A DNA stretch of 64,000 nucleotides, taken from assembly GCA_951406725.2 (NCBI GenBank), contig OX597821.1, positions 72,106,001-72,170,000 of the forward strand. The letters run 5' to 3'. The notes beneath the pieces were generated by a model. That model saw only the letters and a list, made by a program, of their open reading frames with translations, was not told the DNA's origin and ran no database searches. Shown in pieces: positions 28,962 to 43,345 of this stretch. The stretch comes from Octopus vulgaris (taxonomy: Eukaryota). The first letter of the stretch is position 1. Every line of letters begins with the position of its first letter. The translations under genes were made by a program, and so were the position numbers.

Positions 28962-29688
28962 AATGGATGAATGAATTATCCTTTGTTTACTGTTAACATG
29001 GAAAATTCAATAAACAGTTATCAGGGTAGCAAAATTCACGCAAGTAACAAGGATGAAGCGACCTATTCAAAGGTAGAAACTCTTAAAGACAACAATAAGG
29101 ATTTTAAGTTAGATTGGTTCATCCTGTCCATACCTTTTCCTTATGATAAGGGCAAGGGAATTTGTAACATTTCCATCTCTGAACTCTTCCATATTCTCTT
29201 CTCTAAGAATCACCTTGTAAACACACTTATAGAGCGATCGTACCAATCTAAACACTGGCAGAAACATACCTTTAGCTCATATAAGTGATTTCGCCAGTCT
29301 TTATAGTTTGAACAGTTAGTTTAACTTGCACTTTACTTCAATAGAGAAATCTACTTCCAAGCCTTTGAACATTTTTTCAACCAATGTATCCCTCTTTATT
29401 TGTTCTCTACTTATTATTTCATTACCCCTTCTCTTCCTAGTGTTTGCCTTTGACGTTGAATCTATTAACGGTTTTTTTTAAAATACTTAATAACGTTCTG
29501 TTTATCATTTATGCAGTCATCGTAACTGTTATAATGTCTTGTTGTTGAGATAGACTCTCTTTCTTTCCTGATGAGAAGATTGCATTTTACACCGTTTATT
29601 CCTTTGGAATAAAACCAATGTTGTCTTCGAAACATATGTCGAAAGTAAAAGAATTTGAATAGCATCTGCGTTCAACTCCATTTATTTA

Positions 29689-29690
<2 letters not shown>
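28959..29690 (+). mobile_element. 5'-truncated Penelope-like retroelement (GIY-YIG C-terminus plus 3' pLTR) inside (TA)n
   Basis: ORF 28971-29288 ends LKDNNKDFKLDWFILSIPFPYDKGKGICNISISELFHILFSKNHLVNTLIERSYQSKHWQKH, like the PLE endonuclease tail (W.LK..W.I...PY....C.LC..E...LLN...E...C.H); hammerhead downstream; (TA)n on both sides. Confidence 0.8.
29563..29645 (+). ncRNA. Type I hammerhead ribozyme, intact core
   Basis: ctttc-CTGATGA-gaaga...tcttc-GAAA-catatg-TC-gaaag: stem I 5 bp, long stem II, palindromic stem III ACATATGT, GUC cleavage triplet. Confidence 0.85.
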
Positions 29691-29737
<47 letters not shown>

Positions 29738-29768
29738 AAAAATGTGTGAGATCCTTGGTACAGTTGGG

Positions 29769-29960
29769 TATATTTGAAAAAGAATGACTTCACTGGTAGT
29801 TCTAATCAATTTAATTTATTATTCTAAATTTTTTTTTATAATATAAATTTTACTTCATGGAACTATGAACTAAAATTCATATTATAAAAAAAATTTAAAA
29901 TAATAAATAAAATTGATTAGAACTACCAGTGAAGCCATTTTTTTTCTTTTTTCAAATATA
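29769..29960. repeat. AT-rich ~190-bp near-palindrome (hairpin)
   Basis: cttcactggtagttctaatcaattt..ttataat mirrored by attataa..aaattgattagaactaccagtgaag, with a very short loop near 29860. Confidence 0.85.
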
Positions 29961-30221
29961 TATACATATATACACTTTAATTTCCAAATATTTGTTTTAC
30001 TTTTATTTTCAAACCTACGTACATAACTACTCATGCACATACACATCTTCAAAACCTACATACATACACACACACATATAACTTCATACATACCAGCTAT
30101 TGGCGATTCTTCCCGTTTTATATTATTAGGCTAATTCAATGTTTCACTCTCACATACTCCTCATCCTTCTCTGAATTTTTGTTTCTTGCTAATGTATATA
30201 TATCTAAACATACCAGTAATG

Positions 30222-30518
30222 TTAGAAAATTACTATTTGTAAATCTCACAACGAGAGATATTCAGCAACAGTACTTTGGAATAAAGATTGTTTGCCAACA
30301 TAACATGGCAATCCTGGTTTAGGACGAATGTTGCTGTAATTTAGCCCCAGGAGAGACATCGTCTCCAGCTGGCTATACGACACGATGTGCGTCCTTTTAT
30401 TTTCGAGCAGATCGTATCATATACCCAGCTGAGGACGATATCTCCTGGGGCTAAATTACAGCAACATTCGTCCTAAACCAGGACTGCCATGTTATGTTGG
30501 CAAACAATCTTTACTCCA
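30222..30518. mobile_element. Penelope-like terminal repeat in inverted arrangement
   Basis: Arms about 30277-30370 and 30425-30518; same family as 46678-47135. Confidence 0.75.
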
Positions 30519-31035
30519 TACCAGTAGTGATGCGAAAATATTTTAACTGCACTTTCTAACAAATAACGCATTACCATCATTTCATTAATATTAGATTATT
30601 ATGATCATTACATAACACATCTAAGAAAAACAGAACCAATTTGTTATTAAAAGTAATCACCTTATCTTAAGTACTCATTTGTGTCAATAAAATATCTATA
30701 TAACTTCCAACATTATATATTCTTTCTAAATTAAAAAAAATGAACATTTCAGTCTATGGTTGCACATAAGGATTATCTCCGAATGCTTGTTAAATATTCT
30801 ATCCTTACATAATATAATGTATTATAGCAGAACGGAAATTGCCCCAACGGTCACTGAGGAGCACAGCAGGCTCAAGGTGGAAACGGATGAATTCGTGGGC
30901 GACTGTTTTTATCTCCTTTTAAGTATGTTGGGACAGTAGTTGATGCTGACACGTTTGAAATAGTCCTTTCGGATGTGTTTTATATTCTACAGTATCTATT
31001 CCTGTATGCATGTATATATATATGTGTGTGTGTGT

Positions 31036-31104
<69 letters not shown>

Positions 31105-31192
31105 CATGTATATATATATATGTATTTATATATAATCAAAATAAGCAACAAGGATTCTGGTGCCTTTAAACTTAAGTACCATATTCAACTGA

Positions 31193-31272
<80 letters not shown>

Positions 31273-31766
31273 ATATGTATGTATGAATGTGTGTGTGCAT
31301 GAATGTATGCATGTATGTATGCGTGTATGAATATATGAATGTATTTATGAATGCATATGCACAGTTACATTCCATCAGATAATTTCGGAATGCTAGAAAT
31401 CAAGAGGTTCGTGCATGTACGGTGCTTTGTTGCTGCCTGAATATCTAGAGACGTTGGTGTGCATGTATATCTAGGAATATATACACTCGTGTGTATGTAT
31501 GTGTTTAATAGTTTTTGATATTTCACATCCTGCCAGTGTCACCAACCCACCAATGCCAACTAGATAGGGCCACCAGCCTGCTTTCTAATCACCATTTCTA
31601 TCACTGTGAAATTCCAATATGTGTGTGTGAGTGAGTGGGGGTGCGTGTGTGTGCGTGTGTGTGAGTGCGTGTGTGTGCGTGTGTTGAATATTTGATATGT
31701 GAGGGGCAAGTATAGCAATACCTTATCATTAAGTGAAATGTCGTATATGTATAAAAAAACAACAGC

Positions 31767-31837
<71 letters not shown>

Positions 31838-32505
31838 ACCCAACTGTAATGCACTGAAAAATGTCATATGCGTTTAGTTAAGTTAAGGACATGAAACGCG
31901 TTTATCAAATGATTAAATAAATAAAACTAAACATACACGAAAAGAAGCCAAACTAAAAACCAGGGTCAACCAGATTAGAGCACTTTCCGTTTCTGTGACG
32001 TGACGTGATAACGTAACTTGCATTTCTCTTCGTGTGGAAGTCTCTTGAGTCAAATGTTTACTAGATGTTATACATACATACATATATATATATAACATAT
32101 ATATACATACATACATATATATATATATAGTTTGTGAAACTGTGGTGTAGTTACTGACTGATAATGAAGATGTTCCTTATCGCTTTTTTCCTGTCATGAA
32201 GTTTTTTCTTTCATTTCACTCATTCCAGATGAATGGTAGAAACATCGACGACCAATTTCATCCTCTTTAAATGTTAGAGGTTTGTTTTTTGTGAAGCGGG
32301 TAGATGGGGTATTTTTTTTTCTTATTTTGATCCCTTCTCTTTGTTCTAGAAAAAAAGTTCTAAGTTAACCTTTTCTTTAAGAATCCAACCCGAAAAAACT
32401 GCTTTTCTCTCAGAGGTGATGTGTTTTCCCACGTCAAGTGAATAAATCTGGATTTGTTTATCGAGTTGAAAACATAATTGGGAATGCCTAAGAAAATAAA
32501 GAAAG

Positions 32506-32555
<50 letters not shown>

Positions 32556-32560
32556 GCACG

Positions 32561-32606
<46 letters not shown>

Positions 32607-34080
32607 TACACATACACACCGATCAAGACAAAATTAAAATACCAGCATATTTCTTGGGAGTTCATTCTTGTCTTGTTTTTGTTTTTTATCGAATTAAACC
32701 TTATATTGAAAAAATTTTTTTAATTATCTCAAAAACGGTTTTATAGAATTTACACATACACATAACCAAATTTTTACTAAGAATCGTTTTGGAATTATTT
32801 TTCAGACATTGAGTCTTTTAGTAACTACTTCTCAAGAATCCTCTTCATGAACTTCCTATGCCATTCTTCTTGAAATGCCTCAAAAAGCGTTTTGTGATTT
32901 CTATAAGTTTCTGAATTTAGTTTTGATTTAGGGATCTATGAATGTTGAAAGTGGTTTTGGTTCTGGAGATTTTCCACGCCAAAACAAATTCTCAGATCGA
33001 TGAAGGAAAAAAATTTATGTAATTTTCAAGAAATCTCGTATATTAACAAAGGTTGACTAAATAAACAGTTAAATGAAGGAAAAATAATTTCGCAAAATAT
33101 CTTTTTTGTGATATTGTGCAGTGGCATTTCATTGCATAGAACAAGTGGTCCATGCATACTGGCACACTCATTCGATTGTACCACTGTCCCTTTCCTTTTC
33201 TTTTTTTGTGGTGGGGGGGGGCGCTTCCGTCTGTTGAATTCGTCTTAGGCATCAGTACTGACCATCTGAGATAAGCAATCAATAATTCGGCAAGTTAAAT
33301 ATTTGCAGAGAAATTGAAGATAATTTCTTATTACAGAAATTGTTTCTGTAAACGGTATTTTTTTTCCAAATTTTGGGTCCTTTAAAAGAAACGTCGACTT
33401 CATTTATTTCTTCTGTGTCTTTTAGTGAAATTCCTCAATAAAGACATGGTTTCCTTTCAATGGAGGCTATTTTTTTTATTAGCTTTCTCTTACTTCTCAA
33501 ACTAAGAGACTTTTTCTGGTTGCTAATCCCTTTTCTTGAATTTTAACTCCTTTATATATCGGTACTTAAGGAAATATTTAATCATCTTTTCTTCGGCTTC
33601 TCTTTGAGTCTTCTGAAGTTATGGCCTTCAATGGCAGTGAAAATATCATTTCCTTCTTCGAAAGTAATAAAAGTTTACTTCCTTTAGTAGGAGCCATCAA
33701 GTCTAAAATTGATTAAGATCTTGCTCTGTCTAATTACAAAAATAAACAAAGTAAAAAAACATCCTCCGAGAAAAAGAAGTTTATTCATAAAACTAAACAA
33801 AAATCGAAATGGGGGATAAAATTGAGGTCACGCAGCAAAAATGAAAATAACTAATAAAAAGAGACACAGAATAATTCATCCAATGTCATAAATTAAGTTT
33901 CATGATTGCAGTAATTAAATTATAGTAATTAAATGATGTCTTCATCTCTAGAATGATGTTTTTGAATTTTTAATCGGGGATATGTTTTTTCTTTATCGAA
34001 CTTACACACACACACACAGAAGCCCGTGTAAACGTGTATATAGACAGGCAGATAGATAGATAGATAGATAGATAGTTAGT

Positions 34081-34154
<74 letters not shown>

Positions 34155-34190
34155 TGTGTGTGTATGTGTGTGTATGTGTGTGTGTGTGTT

Positions 34191-34280
<90 letters not shown>

Positions 34281-34530
34281 AAAAATCAGATATGAGAACT
34301 ACACTAAAATTATGTAGAAAAGCCATTAGGATATGAGACCTCACCGGTGCTTCCAACGTCGCTAACATTCGATTTCCATGATGAATATTCTTATTTCATA
34401 TCCTCGAGATATGCCACAGTTGAGCCGGTATCATATCTATTTGGGAATGATTACTGAGAGAAATCTTTGTCCTCTCCAGGGAGAAAGATAACTCTCATAC
34501 AATAAAAGTGCAACTAAGATACATTTACAC

Positions 34531-34589
<59 letters not shown>

Positions 34590-34986
34590 TATCAACGGTA
34601 ATATTCACGAACAAGATTCCTTGTTTTCACAGTTCGTAACTTTATGATATATTTAACACATATTTAGGCGAAATTAAACGAAAACAAACAAACCTTAATA
34701 TTCCTGTATATAAAATTTCATTTATTTCATGAACCTTTCCGATATTTGCCAATAAAATATGAATTATTACCGTGAACGAAGCACGGTGGACAATATGTAG
34801 GCTTCTTTTAATAGTTATAATCAAAAGATTGGTGTTTGAGGGTGACATATAACGGCCTGGGTTGATTATTATCTGGAGCCAAGACTACTTAAAACCATAT
34901 TCTAAGTTTAACTTGGTTATTAATAGACATGGTTTCGTCGCCGCCTCAGTTCGTGATGTGTGTGTGTGTGTGTGTGTGTGTGGGTG

Positions 34987-35310
34987 AAGGCACGTTGACT
35001 AGTGGTAGGAGTATTCAGCTCATGATCGAAAGATTGTGAGTTCGGTTCCCGGCGGCGAGTTGTGTCCTTGAGCAAAATACTCTATCTCACGTTGTTTCAG
35101 ACCACTCAGATGCCAAAAAATGAGCAGTAGAAGTAACTCAAAATGGCCAGCCCCTTGTCACATTCTGTGACATGCTGAATCTCCCTGAGAACTACGTTGA
35201 GCGTACGCGTGTTTGTGGGGTACTCAGCCACTTTCAAATTAATTTCGCGACCAGGCTGTTCCGTCGGTTGGATCAGTTGGAATAATCGTTGTCGTAACCG
35301 ATGGAGTGCC
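34987..35310 (+). mobile_element. tRNA-headed SINE (family B-related)
   Basis: Head ..gagttcggttccc; tail gctgaatctccctgagaactacgtt..gtcgtaaccgatggagtgcc shared with 51082-51443. Confidence 0.75.
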
Positions 35311-35315
35311 GATTA

Positions 35316-35373
<58 letters not shown>

Positions 35374-35378
<5 letters not shown>

Positions 35379-35545
35379 ATCCAAACAAGAAAACACAAAA
35401 AAACACAACAACGCGAGGACGTGGAACAAATATAGTATTATTGGACGCTCAGGAAAGAAGGGAAGAAGGAGGGTTTAACGTTTCGAGCGGAGCTCTTCGT
35501 CGGAAACATAGGAGAAGGAAAGATCCCGAGAAGGGAAGACGGATA
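35374..35545 (-). mobile_element. Short (TA)n-embedded element (family E) with a U4C hammerhead
   Basis: Homologous to 45710-45888 and 56053-56270; minus strand gttt-CCGACGA-a-gagctccgctc-GAAA-cg-TT-aaac (35473-35507). Confidence 0.75.
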
Positions 35546-35550
35546 TATAT

Positions 35551-35603
<53 letters not shown>

Positions 35604-35806
35604 TGTGCTTATACATATACATATTCAGTGTATTCATACGTGTGTGTGTATATATATATACACGCATTTACATACACATGCATACATATATTTGTGAAAA
35701 TATACATGTGTGTGTGTGTGTGTAAACTTACATATACCCATATATATACATGTATAGACATATATAATTAGGCTAACGTGTGTGTATTTTTTTATTCGTT
35801 TACTTG

Positions 35807-35881
<75 letters not shown>

Positions 35882-36819
35882 TCCTTTATTTAATTTGTGC
35901 TAAATAAACTAATTAACACTAATATTACATTTTAGTCGGATCTGCCATATTACCAATGGCTAAATAGAAAATAATATCTGTCACAGAAATTAAGGATTTA
36001 TGTTCAACAACATTTCGTTTCCGGCTGATTATATATTTGCGAAGTGGAAAGGTTTCTTATTAGGCTGATTCTTGGTGTGTACGTGTTTGAATTCTGTGAT
36101 CTAATGGCGGTGAAATCACAGAAGTGGTACAAGGTTACATTAGCTAACTTTCTTCTGTTTCAAACCGCATCGGCATCTTTTACATTCTTTACCAATCGCG
36201 TCAGTGTAATTCACTATACATTTTTCAACAACAAAACGGTCTGACATTAAACTGCATTCTGTAGCGAGGTTCCTGTTGGAGAGTCCTGAACTTTGAGGAA
36301 GGAATGGAGTCACCCTTTAGTTACCGTTGCTCCCAGGTCTGGAACGATTGTACCTGTCGGGATCCCATCAATGGGTCAAATATATTTTTGTCGGGTAGAT
36401 AAAGCTACTTAGCTGCGGTGAAATCAGTCAATCTAGAAGGAAAACTCCAGAATTCATGCCATCTCCCAACATATCCTTAGCCACCATGGAAGAGCATGAA
36501 GTATGTCCACTAACATAGATTCATACAATGGGGGCAACTGTCTCATGCTAAGGTGCATTCGGCCGCAAGCGGAGATGGCGAGGAATGTTGTTTCAACTAA
36601 ATAAAATGTCTTGTTGGTGCTTTGGACAAAGTCTCTGGCGGCATTTGCTCTGAATCTTTTAGTTGTAAGTTCAAAACTCGCGGAAATTGACTTCACTTTC
36701 GTCTCTCAGAAGTCATAAATAAAATGCTAATTAAATATTGCAGTAGATTTAAATCGACTCAAACCTTTCTTAATCTCGTGCATATATTAGAAATTATCAT
36801 CATCATCATCATCATCATC

Positions 36820-37347
36820 AGCCTGCCAACAAAGTGACACTAGGGTAAAATATACGAAGCCCAGTATACCCATCATGACTACCTGTCTGATAAGAGTACA
36901 CTAAGCATATCCATCACAGCCTTATATGCGCGACATGGTGATCTCATATCAAGATAAACAGCACATGGCCTTGCAGGTGGGGCCCAGTTAGAATTTTCTT
37001 CTGGTCGAGTACCTCATTCCGCTCAAAAGGTCCCTGAATAAGGGTTGTTTAAGGATGTTGAACGATGTTTCCAGAGGTGAATTATTCAAATCCCAAAGAA
37101 TCCCACTCAAGACGCGGCTATGATGCTCCTCCACTACTTCTGCTCGTGATAAGATATGCACATATCGTCAGCCACTAAGTGACATGCTCAACTGGTTAAG
37201 GTCAAACAACTGACAAGCAAATCTGTAGTATTGAGCAGAATATTTGCTGTAGGCCATCTTTTATACCAAGACAAAACAATGTACTCTTCCAATCAGTTAA
37301 GATCAGAAGCCACGAGAGTCACTGCCTTGTACTGCATCATAGCATCT
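36820..37347. mobile_element. (TTA/TCA)n-flanked repeat element, non-duplicated copy of 21691-22180
   Basis: Colinear homology aaagtgacact..ccaagacaaaacaatgtac over about 450 bp. Confidence 0.85.
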
Positions 37348-37402
37348 ATTATTATTATTATTATTATTATCATTATTATTATTATTGTTATTATTATTAT
37401 TA

Positions 37403-37464
<62 letters not shown>

Positions 37465-37466
<2 letters not shown>

Positions 37467-37655
37467 GGCAGAATCGTTAGCACGCCGGTCAAAATGCTTA
37501 GCGGCATTTCGTTCGTCTTTATGTTCTGAGTTCAAATTCCACCGAGGTCAGCTTGGCTTTTCGGAATCGATAAAATAAGTTCAGTTGAACCCTGAGATCA
37601 TTGTAATCGACTTCGCTATCCCTCAGAATTGTTGGTCTTCTGCCAAAATAAGAAA
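37465..37655 (+). mobile_element. SINE family A
   Basis: ggcagaatcgttagcacgcc..tgagttcaaattccaccgaggtc..gataaaataag. Confidence 0.75.
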
Positions 37656-38386
37656 GGGTTATTATTGTTGGTGGTGGGGAGCAGCAATATGTTGCTTCTT
37701 GTCGCTCATCAGTTTATTCGTCTCTTTATATATTCAAAAGATGTTAATTTCTGAAACTTTGTCCCGTGATATTCGTTAAGTCAACCAGAACACAAACGGC
37801 CGGTTGGCTCTTTTGTTTCTTGCCTCTTTGAAGCTCAACTTTGTATTTTTTTTTTATAACTATGGCGTTTACAACCACCAAACTAAAGGGGGGAAGTAGG
37901 ATGTAACCCACAAAGAAAGGTGCTGCACGAGGAAGTGAAGAAGAAAGATTTTCAAGCGACGAACGTTCAAAATCCAAAATAATTGCATCACTACTATGGT
38001 GGCAAATGACATTTGCAGTCACAACAACAACAATAACAAGAGCAGCCGCAGCAATGGTAGCCGAGATGGCGTTCTACTCATGAGGGAGAAGGAGGAGGAG
38101 CTTTCATCGTTGAAAGTTCAAAGTTATAAAAGAAAATGTGTTGCTACTATGACAACAAACCACAGCAGCGGGAAAAAAGGAAGAGCAAAAAAAAAAAAAA
38201 AGAAAGTAACGGCAGCAGCAGCAGCAATACTAGCAAAGACAACTGCAGCAATAACAGCGGCAGCAGCAAAGGCACTGAACGTAACAACAGCAGGGCAGCA
38301 GCAGCAGCAACGGCAATAATGGCAGAATAGCGACTGAGAAAGCAATAACAGCGACATTAATAGCAGGGGTGACAGCAACAGCTTTG

Positions 38387-38575
38387 TGGAGGCGCAATGG
38401 CCCGAGCGGACTCGCGGTCGTAAGAAAGCGGTTTCGATTCCCTGACAGGGCACTGTGAGTGTTTATTGAGCAAAAACACCTAATCTCCACGGGGCTCCAG
38501 CGCGGGGTGGTGATGAACCCCGCTGTACTCTTTCCTCACAACTTTCTCTCACACTTTCTTCCTGCTTCTGCCATA
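38387..38575 (+). mobile_element. SINE family B, truncated
   Basis: tggaggcgcaatggcc..gcggtttcgattccc..gtgagtgtttattgagc. Confidence 0.8.
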
Positions 38576-38845
38576 AAGCAGAGGAACCATGGTGTAACCC
38601 ACTATGGTGTGGTAAACTTTCAGACCCTAGTCTAGATTGCGAATCCTCTGTGCCCCAGGATGGTTCAGCTCTCCACCCGTTAACATTCACCGTTTACGGA
38701 ATGAGGATAACAACGTAGCTTTCGCGCCCATGCAACCGCCAGTCCAGCGCGTGTGGTGGGTGGATCTTCAAGTTGCCACACGCATTCTTAGTAGCTTAGA
38801 GTAGGTTCGAATTAGAGATTATTCTTTGTAGCTAATGGCGTGAGC

Positions 38846-38876
<31 letters not shown>

Positions 38877-39637
38877 AAGAAGGAAGAAGAAGAAGAAGAA
38901 GAAGAAGAAGAAGAAGAAGAAACAGCTTTAGCAACAACGATAACAGCGACGAAAGCAATAACACCGGCAGAGAATGTATCAATAATTCCACCAAAAGGAA
39001 TAATAACAACAATAGCAAGGTTTGTCATCGCTGGAAAGAGTTACCACCAGAAAACTCTACAATGTCTGCCAAGAAGAGAAGCGAACAAAAGTAAGAAGAC
39101 GCCGCTCGACTTACGAAAATAAGTCGAGTTTGCGCCTCCCCCTGAAACTCTAAGCTGCAACACCTACAAAGACCGTTGTCTATCGCTGCGTGAGTTCAAC
39201 AATTCGGTGTGGTGGTGGGGGTGTACGTGGTTACGGTGTTATTCTCATGATCGTAAGAGTGTGGTTTGGGTTTCTAGACCAGTTGAAGCATTGTGTGTTT
39301 TTTTTTTTTTTGAAAAACATTTCATTTCATTTTCATTTTACCACTCAATTGGTAGGAATGCGTCGTCCTGTTACGGACCGGCGTCCCGTCCAGAGGGGGA
39401 TAAATGTACACCCTTCATAATCCGTAAAAACCGGTTTTATGAGCTCGCGGTTCGGACAGGGTCATTGATCCTTTTATATGTGTGTGTGTGAGCGTGTGTG
39501 TGTGCAAATATCTATCTATATATATATATATGAATATATGAATATATAGGTTTGTATATGTCTGTATTTATATGTGTGTATGTGTGGGCGGCATAGTATT
39601 ATATATGTACAAATATGTGTATATATATGTATATATA

Positions 39638-40018
39638 TCATCTGGAAAATATTTTCCAACTAGAAAGGGTATGGACTGGTCAGCCTGTAATGACATGCAT
39701 AAGATCTGGTCATCAAATCTAAGTAGAGACTTCAAACTTAAAATCTTCAAAGCCACAGTCGAACCAATTCTACTATATGGCTCAGAAACGTGGTCGTTAT
39801 CAAAGAAGCTTGAGAGGCGGTTGGATGGAACTTACACTCGCCTCCTTATGAGAGTTCAAAATCTCTCGTGGAAGCATCATCCAAACCAAAGTGCAAATAT
39901 ATGGGAAACTACCACCTGTATCATCTCTTGTGAAAGGTAGGAGAGTCCAGTTTGCTGGACATTGTTGTAGAGCTGAAAACGAGGTAATTTCTACTCTTCT
40001 CCTCTGGAAGCCATCTAC
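39638..40018 (+). mobile_element. RTE-group LINE, post-RT fragment
   Basis: KIWSSNLSRDFKLKIFKATVEPILLYGSETWSLSKKLERRLDGTYTRLL then frameshifted RRVQFAGHC. Confidence 0.85.
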
Positions 40019-40910
40019 GATGTTATGTTGATGTGCCAAAACGCTACGTTGTCATGTCAACGACGTTATGTTGTCATATCAACGATTCTATGTAAACGAT
40101 ACTGTGATGTTACGTAGTTGTCATGACAACAACACTGTTGTCATATCAACAATGTATTGTGTGGCTCTATATCCTCCTCCGCTTTCCTAGACTTACAGTC
40201 TCCCTAATACGGCCTGTTGGGAAATGTTCATGCCTGAGTCCCTTTCAACAAGTTTAAATTTCTTCCAAAATTGGTTTCTTGAATAATATTCCGTTCATTT
40301 AGTTTTGTTTCGAAGATCTTCCCAGCCCCTCCCCTCATATTCTTTTGCAACTTTATCTTTCATTTTCCCCAATACTTCTAAATATTTATATCCCCCAAAT
40401 AGGGGGGATGGACCATGAATATCAGAAGATTTGTTCACAGTTTCATCCAGAAGACTTCCGAAAGTCTGCCGACTCGATTTGCTGACCATAGGAAATTTTA
40501 TATCCTTTCATGGACGCCATGTATTTTCAGACACTTTAGAAACCAGGAATAAGGACAGTGACATCTATTTTCAATTTATGACTCCAATTTAATCTTATTA
40601 AAATCGTCCACACTCTTGAAGTCTCATTTTGCAAACTTAGAGTCACTCACTCGTAACTCGGGGTGTCTTCCGCCAGCCTCTCTTTCCTTTACTACCAAGG
40701 TTTTCTATCTTCATGATGAAGTATTTCTCAACAGCTTTTCATGAAGTATCTCTCATCTTATCAATAGTTTCTCGACATCGAAAATACAAATGTTATTACT
40801 CTGTAGTTGCCCGCTTCATTTTTTTATGTTATCGTTCTTCAAAAGGACAGTTTAATTTTCTTTTGTCAGCTACCTTGATGCATCTCCTGAAAGACATTGA
40901 ATGCCATATA

Positions 40911-41777
40911 CGAGGGTAATCCCAAAAGTAAGGATTCCAAAAATATTTAGAAATCACAGAAACGTTTATTGTCAATGTTTACATCATTTTAAAGTTTGAA
41001 CATTTATTTATTTTTCTACATAATCGCCATTTCGGTCGATGCACTTTTGTAAGTGCTGAGGCAGTTTTTGTACGCCCATTTCATACCAGCTCACCGCCAT
41101 GTTGAACTTCATCTTTCACCTTGTCGTCGTTGCAGAAGCGCGTTCCGACCAAATGTTCTTTCAACTTAGGGAACAGGTGGTTGTCACTTGGTGCCAAGTC
41201 CGGACTATAAGGTGAGTTGCCATTTATGGTCTTCTGTAAGAATTCGTGGGACCCATCTTGCGCACACCTTCCGATCACTCAAAACCCTATGAATGGTGCT
41301 TCGGGAAATCTCACGGACCAAAATGCAGAGATCATCCAGAGTGAGCCGCCGATTTTCACGCAGGATTTGCTCAACCCTCGCGACTGTCTCGTCGGAAATT
41401 GATGGTCGCCCGCTTCTTTCTTTGTCACGATATTTCAGTACGACCAGCTGCAAACACCCTACACCACTTGCGGATGTTTTTTACATCCATGCACGACTCG
41501 CCACACACTTCCGTTAATTGGTGATGAATTTCAATCGATTTAATGCCCTTTGCGTTCAAAAACCGAATAACTGCACGAACTTCATACTTGGCGGTGGCGT
41601 CAGTCGGGAGCTCCATCAGATACGCCTGCCAAGCCAAGACTGAGAGTGCTAGCGAATCGCGTGCAGGGGCAGGTACAGGCGTATGCACAACAAACACAAC
41701 AGTGTTGCCAAAAGCCGCATGCACAGTTTCCCTGCGTCCCCAGCTCTTTGGAGGCCTAACTTCTGGGATTACCTTTG
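40911..41777 (-). mobile_element. Internally deleted mariner (CGAGGG-type TIR)
   Basis: TIRs cgagggtaatcccaaaagtaagg / cctaacttctgggattacctttg with flanking TA; minus translations VRAVIRFLNAKG, RSGRPS, KVCARWVPRILT, SPYSPDLAPSD; catalytic middle deleted. Confidence 0.9.
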
Positions 41778-42817
41778 TATTTTCCAGTAAAGCGCATATT
41801 TATGACATGTGCAAACCAGAATATTCGTAGCTGACCAATTTGGTATTTTCAGGAATTTCCTCGTCATATTACATTTTCATAAATATCCAACGTTTTCACT
41901 TTTTGCTTCATAACCACAACGGTTGTCTCCAGTTTGGATCCGTTTCATGTTTCACTTTTTCTCTTCCAAAATGCCGGACAAATGTTGTTTTCATTCTCAC
42001 TCACATGTGGTACTTTCCGTTTTGCTGTTCTTCAGCTCATTTCGGTCCCTGATAAAATTTTATTTCGTTATTCGTAAACATTCTATTCTGTTTATACTCC
42101 TTTATCAGCTGCAGACATCAACTTGCTTTTCCTTCTATTTACCTTGATTCCTTGTTTTATTGAGTCTTTTATAGTCTCTTATGCCTTTTCATTTTTACGC
42201 AGTTTATGTTTTTAATCCTTCATGAATTTTGCTTTTTTCCTATTCCTTCGTGTAATTAAGGGAAACCAAGTCACAAGTTTCTTTTTTTATGTCTTCTACT
42301 TGTCCCTCTGGTCTCCTCTTTCACCAAACTTCACTTGTTTTTGTTTAAGTTTCAAATTCAACACTTAATATTTCCATGACGAGTGCACTTCCATCCTTAT
42401 AACAAACACTTCATTCATATCACTGATGTTCTTTCCTCTTATCTTTTTTTTTTTTTTTACTATATCAGGATTTTGTTCTCGTTACCGTTTTTTTTCTCCT
42501 CTAATATAATAAATTTCCTCAATATCTCTTCTTTATTCCTCTGATATCGCTAAACCTTTTAGAATTTGTAATCTATATTCAGTATCAGGATTACCTTCCT
42601 CCGGCTTCACTTTTATTGCTCATGGCAAAATAGGTTTTCTTTGTTCCACATCCCGTGTTTCTCTTCTATTTTTGTTATTGTTGTACATTATTGTTGGCGT
42701 TGCTGTTGACGTTATGATTGCTGTCGTCATCCTCGTTAGTTATTTGTCAGTTTTGTGTTCCAGTGTGATCAAAGACGTTCCAACCGTAACCATCCCATCA
42801 TTTTTATCATATATATC

Positions 42818-43345
<528 letters not shown>

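Noticed and set aside
32700-33700. Possible LINE ORF relics (also 40300-40900, 42100-42650, 49300-50500)
   Set aside because: Purine-skewed and coding-like but too decayed to assign by eye
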